DNA from: Planctomycetota bacterium
GTDB taxonomy: Bacteria; Planctomycetota; Planctomycetia; Pirellulales; Pirellulaceae
Assembly (NCBI GenBank): GCA_046306195.1
Contig: JBKDXO010000126.1
Coordinates: 11,289-75,288, forward strand
Length of the DNA: 64,000 bases
Reading direction: 5' to 3'
Shown here: one piece after another, positions 8,721-19,785 of the stretch
Layout: the number at the start of each line of letters is the position of its first letter
Numbering within the stretch: position 1 is the stretch's first letter
Notes under the pieces: generated by a model
Seen by the model: only the letters and a program-made list of their open reading frames with translations
The model's database searches: none
What the model was told of the DNA's origin: nothing
Made by a program: the position numbers and the translations under genes

Positions 8721-8824
8721 GGCGGTCCGAGACGAATTGGGTACGTTCGTGAGATCCGATCTATTGTAATCAAACTGGAATTCGCCAGGTCAACCCGCGA
8801 CCCGATCGCAACGAGAAAGAGTTT

Positions 8825-9304
8825 ATGAATGGAAAGAAACCGTTGGTAAACGTCGTCCTATTTCAACCCGAAATTCCTCAAAACACGGGAAACATTGGAA
8901 GGACCTGCGTCGCATTGGAAGCCAAGTTGTGGATTGTCCGTCCCACTGGATTTCGGCTTGACGATCGCGCACTGGAACGGGCCGGCTTGGACTATTGGGA
9001 ACACTTGGATTGGGAGGTCGTGGATTCCTGGGAGTGCATGGTGGACCGAATGGACCTCCAACGCACTTGGTTCTTCACGAAATTCGCGCAGCGACTGTAC
9101 ACCGACGTCGAGTACCAGGCAGGCGACTGGCTCGTGTATGGGTCGGAGACCAGCGGGCTTCCGGAGAGTATTCGGACGGCGAACGCCTCCCGCTGCTTGC
9201 GGTTGCCGATGACTGGCCCGGTGCGCAGTCTGAACCTATCGGTTGCGGCAGGAGTGGGCATGTATGAAGTCGTTCGGCAGTGCGGGCCGAAGCAAGATGG
9301 CTGA
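8825..9304 (+). CDS. trmL: tRNA (cytidine(34)-2'-O)-methyltransferase (SPOUT)
   Basis: [30 protein letters not shown] and VRSLNLS. Confidence 0.93.
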   Translation: MNGKKPLVNVVLFQPEIPQNTGNIGRTCVALEAKLWIVRPTGFRLDDRALERAGLDYWEHLDWEVVDSWECMVDRMDLQRTWFFTKFAQRLYTDVEYQAGDWLVYGSETSGLPESIRTANASRCLRLPMTGPVRSLNLSVAAGVGMYEVVRQCGPKQDG

Positions 9305-9431
9305 CTATCGGGTGGCGCATGGTCCGTTCTATTCGGATGATTTCAATCCGCTATGATGTCGGAGCGATTGGGTTGATACTCTCCAAAACCCGATCTCAGG
9401 ATGACATTCAGGTTCTATCGGATGGTCCCCT

Positions 9432-12400
9432 ATGAGTATCCGCGTCGCACTGCATCACGAGACGACCTATCGCTACGATCGCTTGGTGGGCCTGGGGCCG
9501 CAGATTGTGCGGCTGCGGCCGGCACCCCATTGCCGAACGAAAATCTGCAGCTACTCGATGCGAGTGATCCCGGAGCAACACTTCTGCAATTGGCAACAAG
9601 ACCCGCAAGGCAACTACCTGGCCCGCCTTGTGTTCCCCAAGCAGACGCGGTCCCTTTCGATTGAAGTCGACTTGGTCGCCGAAATGACGGCGATCAATCC
9701 GTTCGATTTTTTCCTGGAGCCTTACGCGGAGTCATTTCCGTTCCGGTACGAGGATTGGCTCCTCAAGGAACTCGCTCCTTTCCTGCATACGATGCATGCT
9801 GGCCCCCGCTTGAAAGCCTGGGTTGCGTCGGTCGATCGCTCGCCGAAACCGACCATCCAAGCAATCACCGACTTGAACCGACGTCTCCACGGCGAAATCA
9901 AATACGAAATTCGCATGGAGCCCGGCGTCCAAACACCGGAGGAGACGCTGGAACGCCAAAACGGTTCTTGTCGAGATTCGGCTTGGCTGCTTGTGCAGAT
10001 TTTCCGACATCTCGGAGTCGCGGCGCGGTTTGCTTCCGGATACTTGATCCAACTGGCACCGGATGTCAAAGCGATCGACGGACCAAGCGGTCCCGACGAG
10101 GATTTCACCGATTTGCATGCCTGGGCTGAAATCTATTTGCCAGGCGCAGGTTGGGTGGGGCTCGATCCGACAAGTGGCTTGCTGTGTGGCGAGGGGCATT
10201 TGCCGTTGGCCTGCACTCCGGAACCGTCGAGCGCGGCCCCGATTAGCGGCACGGTCGACCAAGCGGAATGCGAATTCCATTTTTCGATGGCTCTCGACCG
10301 AATCCAAGAGGATCCACGATCCACCAAACCCTACAGCGAGGAACAGTGGCATCGGATCGACGGCCTGGGCCGGACGGTCGATCAGCAACTCGAGACCGAC
10401 GACGCGCGACTGACGTTTGGTGGAGAGCCGACATTCGTCTCGATGGACGACATGCAAGGAGAGGAATGGAACCAAGCGGCGGTGGGTCCGACCAAGCGGC
10501 AGTTGTCTGGCGAGTTGATCAAACGGTTGCGACAACGTTTCGGCCCAGGCGGGCTACTGCATTACGGACAGGGAAAATGGTACCCAGGAGAGTCCCTACC
10601 TCGCTGGGCCTTGACCTGCCTGTGGCGACTCGACGGCGAACCGATCTGGCAGGACGACCAGTGGATCGCTGATGAATCGAGGAATTACGGATTCACGTTC
10701 GTACAGGCACGGTCCTTTACCGAAAAATTGGCTTCGCATTTGGGTGTCGACCCTCGATGGATGATGCCTGCCTATGAAGACATTTACTACTACATCTGGA
10801 GAGAACAACGTTTGCCGATCAACGTCGCTCCGTGGGATCCGAAACTCGAGGATCCCGAGGAGCGAGCAAGGCTGGCACGCGTGTTTCAGCGAGGCTTGAA
10901 CCAACCGGTCGGAGTTGTGCTGCCGATTCAGCGACAATGGTGGCAAGGGAGCCGAACCTGGCAGAGTGGGCCCTGGCCCGTTCGTCCCGAGAGACTCTTT
11001 CTCTTGCCGGGGGATTCCTCGATCGGCTTGCGGCTTCCCTTGGACACGTTACCGTGGACCTCCGTTGACGGGGCGGGGATGGTTATTCCTCAGGATCCCT
11101 TCGCAATGCGCCCTTCACTCCCCTCGAACGCAGAAATTCGCCAACAGTTCGGCGCTCGTTCCTCGCGTCCGACCGGCGCTGTGAAACAAGGTCAGCCGAG
11201 TTCCATGGCGATCTCTCCGGACGAGATTCCCGACCACCTCTCGAGCGCATCCCGAGGATCCGATGCGGGATCCGACGGGGTTGTGCGGACTGCCCTGTGC
11301 GTCGAGCCTCGCGACGGCCGTATTTATGTCTTCATGCCCCCCACGGAGCTGCTCGAAGATTACTTGGAGTTGACCGCAGCCATCGAATGGACTGCGAAAG
11401 AACTGAGGATGCCCGTCGTTCTCGAGGGGTATCTGCCCCCTCGCGATCATCGCGTCCAGATGATCAAAGTCACGCCCGACCCTGGCGTCATCGAGGTAAA
11501 CGTTCACCCGAGCCGCAGTTGGAAGGATTTGGTTGCCAACACCCAGGGGTTGTATGAGGACGCGCGTCAATGCCGATTGGCCACGGAAAAGTTCGATCTC
11601 GACGGAAAGCACACGGGCACCGGAGGAGGCAATCATATCGTCATGGGTGGGCCGACCCCTTGGGATTCCCCATTCCTTCGCCGCCCCGACTTGCTGCGCA
11701 GCATCATTTCATTTTGGAACAACCACCCTTCCCTCTCCTATTTCTTCAGCAATCGTTTTATCGGACCAACGAGTCAAGCTCCGCGGGCGGACGAAGGACG
11801 GCGCGATGCGATCTACGAATTGCAGACCGCGCTCGAATTGATCCCCGATCGCGGTTCCGATCTGGCACCCTGGGTCGTCGATCGCTTGCTGCGCAACTTG
11901 CTCATCGACTTGACCGGGAACACCCATCGCACCGAAATCTGCATCGACAAACTCTACTCGCCAGATAGCTCCACTGGCCGCTTGGGACTCGTCGAACTGC
12001 GCGGTTTTGAAATGCCTCCGCACGCGCAAATGAGCCTCGTGACTCAGCTGCTGGTCCGTTGCCTGATCGCTTGTTTTTGGAGAAACCCCTATCGCGAGCC
12101 GTTGGTTCGATGGGACACCGCGATCCACGACCGATTCATGCTCCCGCATTTCCTGCTCCGCGACTTGAAATCCGTTTTGTTTCATTTGCAAGAAGACGGC
12201 TGGGCTTGGGAGGAAAACTGGTTCGCACCCCATTACGAATTCCGTTTCCCATTCATCGGCGAAGTTGCTTACTTCGGCGCATCGATTTGTTTACGCTCGG
12301 CGATTGAACCTTGGTATGTGCTGGGCGAGGAGCCCGGGGGTGGCGGCACCGTCCGCTTCGTCGACAGCAGCGTGGAGCGGGTAGAAGTCAAGGTGCAGGG

Positions 12401-12788
12401 GCTCGACATCGAACGGCACAAGGTTCTATGCAACCGGCGAATCCTGCCCCTGCAACCGACCGGAGACCCCGACAGCTATGTGGCAGGCGTTCGATATCGC
12501 GCTTGGTGGCCCCCTTCTTGCCTTCATCCAACCATTCCTTTGCACACACCGCTGGTCTTCGACCTATGGGACGTCCGGGCGGGCAGAACCTTGGGCGGAT
12601 GCACTTACCACGTCGCCCATCCGGGCGGTCGAAATTATGAGACCTTTCCTGTCAACGCACTGGAGGCGGAGGGGCGACGGGTCGCAAGATTCTTCCCATA
12701 CGGCCATACGCCAGGCAGCCTGACCCCTGTGATTCCCCGCCCGAATCCCGAATTTCCCAGCACGTTGGATTTACGGCGAGAGTCTTGA
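9432..12788 (+). CDS. Transglutaminase-like protein with DUF2126 (putative amidoligase) C-terminal domain
   Basis: GSCRDSAWLL, ARFASGYLIQL and DLHAWAEIYLPGAGWVGLDPTSG triad, followed by GGEPTFVS, HTGTGGGNH and HRTEICIDKLYSPD. Confidence 0.9.
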   Translation: MSIRVALHHETTYRYDRLVGLGPQIVRLRPAPHCRTKICSYSMRVIPEQHFCNWQQDPQGNYLARLVFPKQTRSLSIEVDLVAEMTAINPFDFFLEPYAESFPFRYEDWLLKELAPFLHTMHAGPRLKAWVASVDRSPKPTIQAITDLNRRLHGEIKYEIRMEPGVQTPEETLERQNGSCRDSAWLLVQIFRHLGVAARFASGYLIQLAPDVKAIDGPSGPDEDFTDLHAWAEIYLPGAGWVGLDPTSGLLCGEGHLPLACTPEPSSAAPISGTVDQAECEFHFSMALDRIQEDPRSTKPYSEEQWHRIDGLGRTVDQQLETDDARLTFGGEPTFVSMDDMQGEEWNQAAVGPTKRQLSGELIKRLRQRFGPGGLLHYGQGKWYPGESLPRWALTCLWRLDGEPIWQDDQWIADESRNYGFTFVQARSFTEKLASHLGVDPRWMMPAYEDIYYYIWREQRLPINVAPWDPKLEDPEERARLARVFQRGLNQPVGVVLPIQRQWWQGSRTWQSGPWPVRPERLFLLPGDSSIGLRLPLDTLPWTSVDGAGMVIPQDPFAMRPSLPSNAEIRQQFGARSSRPTGAVKQGQPSSMAISPDEIPDHLSSASRGSDAGSDGVVRTALCVEPRDGRIYVFMPPTELLEDYLELTAAIEWTAKELRMPVVLEGYLPPRDHRVQMIKVTPDPGVIEVNVHPSRSWKDLVANTQGLYEDARQCRLATEKFDLDGKHTGTGGGNHIVMGGPTPWDSPFLRRPDLLRSIISFWNNHPSLSYFFSNRFIGPTSQAPRADEGRRDAIYELQTALELIPDRGSDLAPWVVDRLLRNLLIDLTGNTHRTEICIDKLYSPDSSTGRLGLVELRGFEMPPHAQMSLVTQLLVRCLIACFWRNPYREPLVRWDTAIHDRFMLPHFLLRDLKSVLFHLQEDGWAWEENWFAPHYEFRFPFIGEVAYFGASICLRSAIEPWYVLGEEPGGGGTVRFVDSSVERVEVKVQGLDIERHKVLCNRRILPLQPTGDPDSYVAGVRYRAWWPPSCLHPTIPLHTPLVFDLWDVRAGRTLGGCTYHVAHPGGRNYETFPVNALEAEGRRVARFFPYGHTPGSLTPVIPRPNPEFPSTLDLRRES

Positions 12789-12956
12789 CAGTCTCGCGAC
12801 CCGCCGATCGCTCTTTGGATCGACTACCGCAACAGGATGGGGTGGGTTACCATGGGGCGAGTATTCACGGCCATGGTATCGGACCATCTGGCACGTGGTG
12901 TCTTTGGCCAGGCAACCAGACTTTGGATCGTGAATCGGGAACCGTCGCGAATTCGG

Positions 12957-13964
12957 ATGCATAGGGATCAGAACAGGCCTCATTTGGTGGACCGATTTGG
13001 GCGTTCCCATACGTCACTACGGATTTCGGTGACCGACGCATGCAACATCCGATGTCGTTACTGCATGCCTGCGCATGTTCAAGGATTCATGCCTCTCGAT
13101 CACCTGATGCCTTTCGACGCGATTGAACGGGTGGTTCGCGTACTAGCAAGCGCCGGGGTACGAAAGGTGCGATTGACCGGGGGGGAACCCCTCATGCGCC
13201 CCGCTCTTCACGAACTCGTGGAGCGAGTGTCGAGTATCGCTGGCCTTGAACAGATCGCGATCACAACCAATGGCATGCTGCTCGCTGATTCGATGTCGAA
13301 ACTCGTCTCAGCCGGATTGACCCACATCAACATCTCACTCGACACCTTGCGGGAAGAAGCATTCCAGCGATTGTCACGCCGAAATGGTCTCGATCGTGTC
13401 ATGGCCGGTATTGATGCGGCAGTTGCAAGCGGCTTGCCGGTTCGACTGAATGCGGTCCTGCTGCGAGACATCAACCTGGACGATTGCGTTCCTCTCGTCG
13501 AATTTGCGATTGAGCGAGGAGTTACAATTCGCTTCATCGAGTTCATGCCGTTGGATGCGGACCGAGGTTGGAGCCAATCACAGGTTGTGTCTGGAGGGGA
13601 GCTTAAGGCACGTTTGGAATCCGTTTTCGGGCCGATGCGGCCGCGATCGCACGCCGATCCATCCCAACCCTCGAGAGACTACGATTTCCTCAACCGATCT
13701 GGCACTGTCGGCTTTATCGACCCGGTATCCGAGCCGTTCTGCGGCAACTGCAATCGATTGAGGTTGACGGCCGATGGCAAGTTTCGAAACTGCCTATTTG
13801 GCCGTGAAGAGTGGGACGTCCTGTCCTTGCTTCGACGCAATGCATCGGACGAAGAGATTCATGATCTCGCCCGGCAGTGTGTGCTAGCCAAGTATCCGTC
13901 CCACGGCATCTCGGAGGCTGGATTCCAACCACCCGAACGAGCCATGTACCAAATTGGCGGATGA
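12957..13964 (+). CDS. moaA: GTP 3',8-cyclase (radical SAM, molybdenum cofactor biosynthesis)
   Basis: LRISVTDACNIRCRYCMP, VRLTGGEP, FCGNCNRLRLTADG and C-terminal MYQIGG. Confidence 0.95.
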   Translation: MHRDQNRPHLVDRFGRSHTSLRISVTDACNIRCRYCMPAHVQGFMPLDHLMPFDAIERVVRVLASAGVRKVRLTGGEPLMRPALHELVERVSSIAGLEQIAITTNGMLLADSMSKLVSAGLTHINISLDTLREEAFQRLSRRNGLDRVMAGIDAAVASGLPVRLNAVLLRDINLDDCVPLVEFAIERGVTIRFIEFMPLDADRGWSQSQVVSGGELKARLESVFGPMRPRSHADPSQPSRDYDFLNRSGTVGFIDPVSEPFCGNCNRLRLTADGKFRNCLFGREEWDVLSLLRRNASDEEIHDLARQCVLAKYPSHGISEAGFQPPERAMYQIGG

Positions 13965-14004
13965 ATGCGCCTGCAGTTTCAATCATCAAGAAAGCGACCG
14001 TGGA

Positions 14005-15024
14005 ATGACCCGTTTTGACGTATGCGGTTTAGGGAATGCGATCGTCGACATTTTTGCGGAAGTCGACGATGCTGAGTTCGCAAGCCTCGGCTTTGAACGC
14101 GGCACGATGCGACTGGTCGATCCAGACGAACAGCAACGCCTGTTGCTTCGTTTCTCGGATCGCAATCACGATCTCCGATTAGTCAGCGGCGGGTCGGTGG
14201 CCAACTCCATCATCGCCCTTTCGCAACTGGGTGGAACCGGGGCTTTCATAGGATGCGTCGGAGACGACCGCTATGGACTTCATTATGCGGAAGAGTTCCA
14301 GGATCTCCGAATCCACATGGGCAACCCGGTAATCGTTTCTCAAACGACAGGAACGAGCGTGGTGTTGATCACCCCCGACGCGGAACGCACGATGCGGACT
14401 AGCCTGGCGGTTTCCAGCCATCTTTGCGACCGGCACGTGGACGAGGACCGCATTCGCCATTCGACATGGTTGTTTGTCGAAGGCTATGTATTTGCCAACC
14501 CCGACACGGGACAACACGCGATTAGAAAGGCGATTGAAATCGCCAAAAAACATGGGACCAAAGTCGCAGTCACCTGCTCAGAAGCTTTCATACCGGAAGT
14601 CTTCGGGGACCCGTTTCACGAAGCGCTCAAATCGACCGACTTGCTGTTCTGCAACGCTCCCGAAGCGATGGCTGTGACTCGTAAGCCAACGAGCATAGAC
14701 GCGTTTCAAGCCCTGCGAAGCTTGGTTCCACATTGCGTCGTTACCGATGGCGGAAACGGAGCGTTTGTCCGCTACGAAGGCGACGAATTGCATGTGCCTG
14801 CGTTTCCTTGCCAACCCAAAGACTTGACGGGTGCCGGAGACATGTTCGCTGGTGGATTCCTATATGGCATTACCCACGGTTTTGCTCCTGCTGTCGCCGC
14901 ACGGGGAGCGAACTTCATGGCATCCAAAGTAATCAGTCAAGTCGGAGCGCGTTTGCAAGAGCCGGCGAGTCCGCTGTGGGAAGAGGGAGTAGAAACCCAA
15001 CGCGCGGATGATGTTGGAGGCTAA
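14005..15024 (+). CDS. PfkB family sugar/adenosine kinase
   Basis: GLGNAIVD, GGSVANS and DLTGAGDMFAGGFLYG (PfkB signature). Confidence 0.9.
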   Translation: MTRFDVCGLGNAIVDIFAEVDDAEFASLGFERGTMRLVDPDEQQRLLLRFSDRNHDLRLVSGGSVANSIIALSQLGGTGAFIGCVGDDRYGLHYAEEFQDLRIHMGNPVIVSQTTGTSVVLITPDAERTMRTSLAVSSHLCDRHVDEDRIRHSTWLFVEGYVFANPDTGQHAIRKAIEIAKKHGTKVAVTCSEAFIPEVFGDPFHEALKSTDLLFCNAPEAMAVTRKPTSIDAFQALRSLVPHCVVTDGGNGAFVRYEGDELHVPAFPCQPKDLTGAGDMFAGGFLYGITHGFAPAVAARGANFMASKVISQVGARLQEPASPLWEEGVETQRADDVGG

Positions 15025-15047
15025 TGCCGCCAGAGCTTAACTGGAGT

Positions 15048-15698
15048 TCAAACGATGTTGTTATGCACGGCCCATATGGCTGCCTGCGAACGATCGTTCA
15101 CGCCCACCTTGCCAAGAATGTTTTGGATATGCTCTTTGACCGTCTCGTAGCTGATACCAAGTCCGCTCGCGATCTCCTTGTTGGTACCACCCTTGATAAG
15201 GTGCGTGAGGATATCTTTCTCTCGAAATGTAAGGGGCACGGGATAGCCCTCCCCTAATACAGTCGACGTGCTCGACGATGTTAATCTCCGCAAATCATCG
15301 CGCGACCAAGCACTCTGGCCATCGGCGGCCTCGCGGATCCGTTGAACAATCGTGACGTATGGGTCGCTATACAAAATGACCCCGAGCACTCCGAGCGATA
15401 CGGCCCGCACCAATACCGCAGGATTCTCGTGCAGCGCAAACAGCAAGATGGATTGGTCATCGTCGATGTTCCTGATGGACTGGATCAAATCGATCGGTCC
15501 ACTTCCATCGACATGGGCATCCATGATCACAACGTCATAATTCGACTTGGCAATTTGCTGCAGTGCCGATTTTGGTTCGCGGGCATAAAACACCAAATCG
15601 GGATCTGATGTTTTTGACAGACTACGAAAGCCCAACCAATCCACCTCACAACATCCCACCAAAAGGACCGAAGTAGGCATGAACATCTCCGGAGACAA
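15048..15698 (-). CDS. NarL/FixJ family response regulator (LuxR HTH) with atypical receiver
   Basis: LTFREKDIL..GGTNKEIASGLGISYETVKEHIQNILGK HTH. The receiver has DVVIMD. Confidence 0.85.
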   Translation of the reverse strand: MSPEMFMPTSVLLVGCCEVDWLGFRSLSKTSDPDLVFYAREPKSALQQIAKSNYDVVIMDAHVDGSGPIDLIQSIRNIDDDQSILLFALHENPAVLVRAVSLGVLGVILYSDPYVTIVQRIREAADGQSAWSRDDLRRLTSSSTSTVLGEGYPVPLTFREKDILTHLIKGGTNKEIASGLGISYETVKEHIQNILGKVGVNDRSQAAIWAVHNNIV

Positions 15699-15761
15699 AT
15701 GGATTTCGAGCGAATGAACGGGTCCGAGTATATCAGACCGGGGCTCGACTGTCCGCCCGGC

Positions 15762-18700
15762 TTAGGGCCTATCCCCTGTATCTTGGAGGATCGAAGCCAG
15801 CTCGTACGGGCGGAATTTTACCGATTTTCCATCGGAATCGTCGTGAACCAGGAGCACGAAACGATCGAGCCGATTGGCCAGGGAGGAATCGATCAATTGA
15901 TTCGAGTCGGCAGTTGACATTTGCATGAGAATACGGATTTCGATGTCGCGCAGGGCGTTTCGGGGCAACCACCGGCTCAGCGTGGTCGAGGTGTCCGACC
16001 AGATACAAACGTGAATTCCCAGCGAGGGGCCGTCAGACAGCAATTTCACGAGCAACGCGTCTGGACTCAACTCTCCTTCCTGACTCGAAAACGAGAATTC
16101 ATCGCTACGTCGAAATTCGCGAAACCGGGATAGATTCAGAATGAAAATGACCAGCGGGGGATGCAACTCATCGGGCGCGGCACTTCTTTTGTCCCACTCG
16201 GATTGAATCTCCTGCAGCGCCAGCTCCAAAGATCGGACAGGTTGAACGGAAACACGCTCCGGCTGGCTTCGCGCCCAGTCGACGGATTCGGAGATTCGAA
16301 TCTCTTCGGCCGGGCTACCGTCTAGGACCAAGAAGCGAGTTTTTTGATGATTCGTTGGATCGGAAACGACGGAAGTGCGAATCCAGCTGGCGAGCAGACC
16401 AGCAACCAAAACCCCATCATTTCCGACGATCATTACGTTGCGACCGGCGGCGGAGGGCAGGGCACGGAGTACTGGCGGCTCGATCGAGACACTCTCGCCG
16501 AGCACCCAGGGAGCTTGCGAACGAAATGCAGGAGGCATGCTTTTCAACAAATCCCGAATGCTGCTCTCTTCCCACCGCGAAGGTTTATGACCTTCGAATA
16601 CCACCCGTTTTCCGATTGGATTGATCGTGGGTATCGCTTTCCACTCCGTCGGAGAGAGGGTTCTGAGCCAACGCGTCTGCTCCGGCTTCTCCAGGAAGGA
16701 AACCTGAAAGTTATGATTTCCTTCGATTCGACCACCCGCGTCGTTATAGATGCCCTGGCCAGAGTGCCGCAGACGCTCGGCCGCGTTATTGTCTTCACTG
16801 AGAATCAACATGGCATCCGAGCTGTCGCATTGCAAAGCGATACGGACCGCCATCTGTGCCAGAGTCGTGCGAGGAAGCGAATATGATCCACCGAGCGTCT
16901 GCGAGGCGAGCACCAAATGCATGCCGAACGAACGGCCTTGACGCACCAATCGATCGACCAGCAAGGATGCCTGCTGCGAAAGCTTGTCGTCCTCCACGAA
17001 GAGTTCCTGAAACTCATCGATGACGATCAGGATCCGCGGCAGTACGACCTCTGGATATTTGCGCTTGAGGCTCGGAATATCCTGAACTCCCCATTCCCGA
17101 AAGGCTTCGCCGCGGGCGGTGAGAATGCGATCAAGATACTCCAGCACGCTGAGTCCAAATTCCCTGCGACTCTCAATACCTAGAATATCTGCGTGAGGTA
17201 GTTGCTCCTGGGCATATACCTGAAACTCCACCCCTTTCTTAAAATCCAGCAGAACCATGCGGAGTTCTTCTGGACTGTAACGCAAGGCTGCACTGGTGAT
17301 CATGGTATGAAGCAAGGACGATTTCCCCGAACCCGTTTTGCCCGCAATCAACACATGCTGAGCCGTCCCACTTCCAAGACTCAAAGACTGGGGACGCCCC
17401 GACTCCGAGATCCCAATAGGGATTTCCAGACCATCGGCCGAAGAAACGCGCGAACGGATTGGCTCTGTGGGCGCGATAGAAGAGAAAGGGACGATTCGCT
17501 TTCCGATACCACGAGCAGCGTTCAGTTGATGCTCCATGATCGCATGCAACTCCGAATCACTCGGTATCTCCGCGAATGCCAACGAGGAATCATCGAAGCC
17601 TGAATTCACAAGCGACCTCGTTTTTGGGTTGCTTCGGAGTTGGATGAGCATTCCATGCTCCCGCAGCTTTGCTGGATCAGCAAAGGAAGGCCACTTCATG
17701 TTGTCCGCAAGATGGAGAATCAGCCCAACGCCACACCGCGATCCAGAGGCTAGCAGAGAGCAGAGCGATTGCCACGAGTGTTCGTCCAGACCTAGAGGAA
17801 ACCCGGACCACACCATCAAGCGATACGGGATAGCCATCGGACCTGCATGACGGTTGTAATCGGCCAGCGTGCGAAAACGATTCCTCAAGCTTTGCTGAAT
17901 CACATCCTCGACGTGCCGTGCATTCAATTCCAATTGATGGGCGATATGCACGGGTTGCGTCCATGCACGGTGATTGACCAACTGCGGATCGACATCCGCC
18001 AGATGCATCATCCATGAAAACTCTTTTCCAAGTCCCTCGGGATCGATCACCGTGACTTGCATCGCTCCAGCGGGTAGCGACGTGATAGCGCGCAGCACCA
18101 ATTGCCGAACGACACCCTGGGCTTCCGCGCTCGATTCCGGGTCGGAGTCAATCACCAAGCTCCCATGGTGCAAAAGATCGAACAGGATGGGGAACTGCTC
18201 TCCCCGGATGGCTTCGGAATTGATTCCAGCCAACGAAGCATCTTTGACAAAGCACGCATCGACTCCGATGCTCCCGACCGGCCAGGCAAGCGATTGCCTT
18301 CTTCGAGGCCAATTTCCGTGACTCATTTCCGGGGAATCCCAAGGAGGAAACGCAGCAGCGATCGCCTCACGCTGCTCGCGCACTCGGCTCGTAACTTTTT
18401 TTATGCCCTTTTGCCAGCGATGGGTCGCTCGCTCGAGGGAAGCATCGAAAATCTTTCGCAGGGAAGCCAATTCACGCGCATGATTTTGGTCGAATGCCTT
18501 TCGTTCTTCCGCTTGCGTGGTCCGTTTGGCGGCAAGGGATTGAGATTCCCGTTGGTCAACACGTTCCATTTCGCTTCGTCTTGATGCAGCGAACTGGTGC
18601 CGATTTCGAGCTGCTTCCTCCGCGATCTTTTTCTTGGTCTGCTGATGTTCCGAGTCGATGACAGAGAGTCTCTGTCGATGCCCCTCGGTCAAGACCTGAA

Positions 18701-19697
18701 GCTCTTGGTTCCCTTCGGCATCGATCTTGGCGAAGGCATTTTGGAAATTTTGTTCAGTCAATTTCCGGCCGCGTTTCAAAAGCGTCTCACTTTCTTTTTC
18801 CAGCTCGACGATCGGAGGAAACAGCTTCTTCAGTGCTCGGGACAGCAAGGGCATGGAACCGAGTGATACGACTGTGGGAACGATGATCGCGGCCGAAAGT
18901 CCTGCGACACTCCAAATCAGCGCTGGAAACTTCATCGCGAAAGCGACTCCGGCTGCCCCCGCTCCGGACAGGATCCCCAACCCAACAAGAAGTGGATAGC
19001 CAACCAGACGCAGAGCGGAATGACGTTGAAGGTCGTCAATTCCTTGAAACATTCGCTGCTTGGTGCTTTCGAACGACTTAGCTACCCCGTCGAGCGTCTC
19101 GATCGCAGCGATCTCGCCATCCCGCTCAGGAGTACCATGTGACGTCCAAGAGGCAAGGGTTGGGCTACCCGATTTTAGACCAATCCACTCTCGCACTTCC
19201 TGCATGCGTTGACCAAGCCCCCGAGATTCACGCTCGATTTTCGCCAGGGCGGAATCGCGCGATTTGGTGGCTTGCTCTTTGGCCAACTCCATTCTTTTTT
19301 TCAGTTGATGCCGAGACTGATCAAACGCATTCAACTCCGCGGCCCGAGCGTTCTTGTACGCGACTCTTTCTTGAGCCAATGCCTCCTTTTCCCGGTTCAG
19401 ACTGCGTAGCGTATTGAGTTCCGCCGTCTCCAGTTGGGTATCGAGTTGCACATCCCAATGCGTTACGGATTGCTCGATTTCTCGTTGTTGTGCCTGGATC
19501 CAATCCCGCAAATACTCTCGGTGCTTCTGTTCGCAAGACTCGATCTTTTGCTGCAAATCCTCGTATCCGGTCGAATGGGTTTCGTTAAGAACACGCCATC
19601 GCCCGCTGAGCCCGCGAACTCGTCGACGGTTATCTAGAAACAAATCTCGATCACCAGCCAAAATATCGCATGGATCGACTACGGAAGGAGAGTGCAT
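15762..19697 (-). CDS. FtsK/SpoIIIE-domain ATPase, EssC/EccC-like, with coiled coils and a TM hairpin
   Basis: One intact P-loop (HVLIAGKTGSGKS, ILIVIDEFQELF, GRSFGMHLVLASQ) lies between two degenerate P-loop-like domains. Two TM segments near aa 250-300. The start may be 19742. Confidence 0.85.
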   Translation of the reverse strand: MHSPSVVDPCDILAGDRDLFLDNRRRVRGLSGRWRVLNETHSTGYEDLQQKIESCEQKHREYLRDWIQAQQREIEQSVTHWDVQLDTQLETAELNTLRSLNREKEALAQERVAYKNARAAELNAFDQSRHQLKKRMELAKEQATKSRDSALAKIERESRGLGQRMQEVREWIGLKSGSPTLASWTSHGTPERDGEIAAIETLDGVAKSFESTKQRMFQGIDDLQRHSALRLVGYPLLVGLGILSGAGAAGVAFAMKFPALIWSVAGLSAAIIVPTVVSLGSMPLLSRALKKLFPPIVELEKESETLLKRGRKLTEQNFQNAFAKIDAEGNQELQVLTEGHRQRLSVIDSEHQQTKKKIAEEAARNRHQFAASRRSEMERVDQRESQSLAAKRTTQAEERKAFDQNHARELASLRKIFDASLERATHRWQKGIKKVTSRVREQREAIAAAFPPWDSPEMSHGNWPRRRQSLAWPVGSIGVDACFVKDASLAGINSEAIRGEQFPILFDLLHHGSLVIDSDPESSAEAQGVVRQLVLRAITSLPAGAMQVTVIDPEGLGKEFSWMMHLADVDPQLVNHRAWTQPVHIAHQLELNARHVEDVIQQSLRNRFRTLADYNRHAGPMAIPYRLMVWSGFPLGLDEHSWQSLCSLLASGSRCGVGLILHLADNMKWPSFADPAKLREHGMLIQLRSNPKTRSLVNSGFDDSSLAFAEIPSDSELHAIMEHQLNAARGIGKRIVPFSSIAPTEPIRSRVSSADGLEIPIGISESGRPQSLSLGSGTAQHVLIAGKTGSGKSSLLHTMITSAALRYSPEELRMVLLDFKKGVEFQVYAQEQLPHADILGIESRREFGLSVLEYLDRILTARGEAFREWGVQDIPSLKRKYPEVVLPRILIVIDEFQELFVEDDKLSQQASLLVDRLVRQGRSFGMHLVLASQTLGGSYSLPRTTLAQMAVRIALQCDSSDAMLILSEDNNAAERLRHSGQGIYNDAGGRIEGNHNFQVSFLEKPEQTRWLRTLSPTEWKAIPTINPIGKRVVFEGHKPSRWEESSIRDLLKSMPPAFRSQAPWVLGESVSIEPPVLRALPSAAGRNVMIVGNDGVLVAGLLASWIRTSVVSDPTNHQKTRFLVLDGSPAEEIRISESVDWARSQPERVSVQPVRSLELALQEIQSEWDKRSAAPDELHPPLVIFILNLSRFREFRRSDEFSFSSQEGELSPDALLVKLLSDGPSLGIHVCIWSDTSTTLSRWLPRNALRDIEIRILMQMSTADSNQLIDSSLANRLDRFVLLVHDDSDGKSVKFRPYELASILQDTGDRP

Positions 19698-19785
19698 AAG
19701 GTGTTTCCCGTCGCACGAGTAACCAGCGCGGATAGAATACACCGTCGATTATACGTGAGCTTCGCGTTCAACACACGACGCAGAC

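Noticed and set aside
12789-12956. Moco riboswitch upstream of moaA
   Set aside because: No recognisable Moco RNA consensus. The hairpins are weak.
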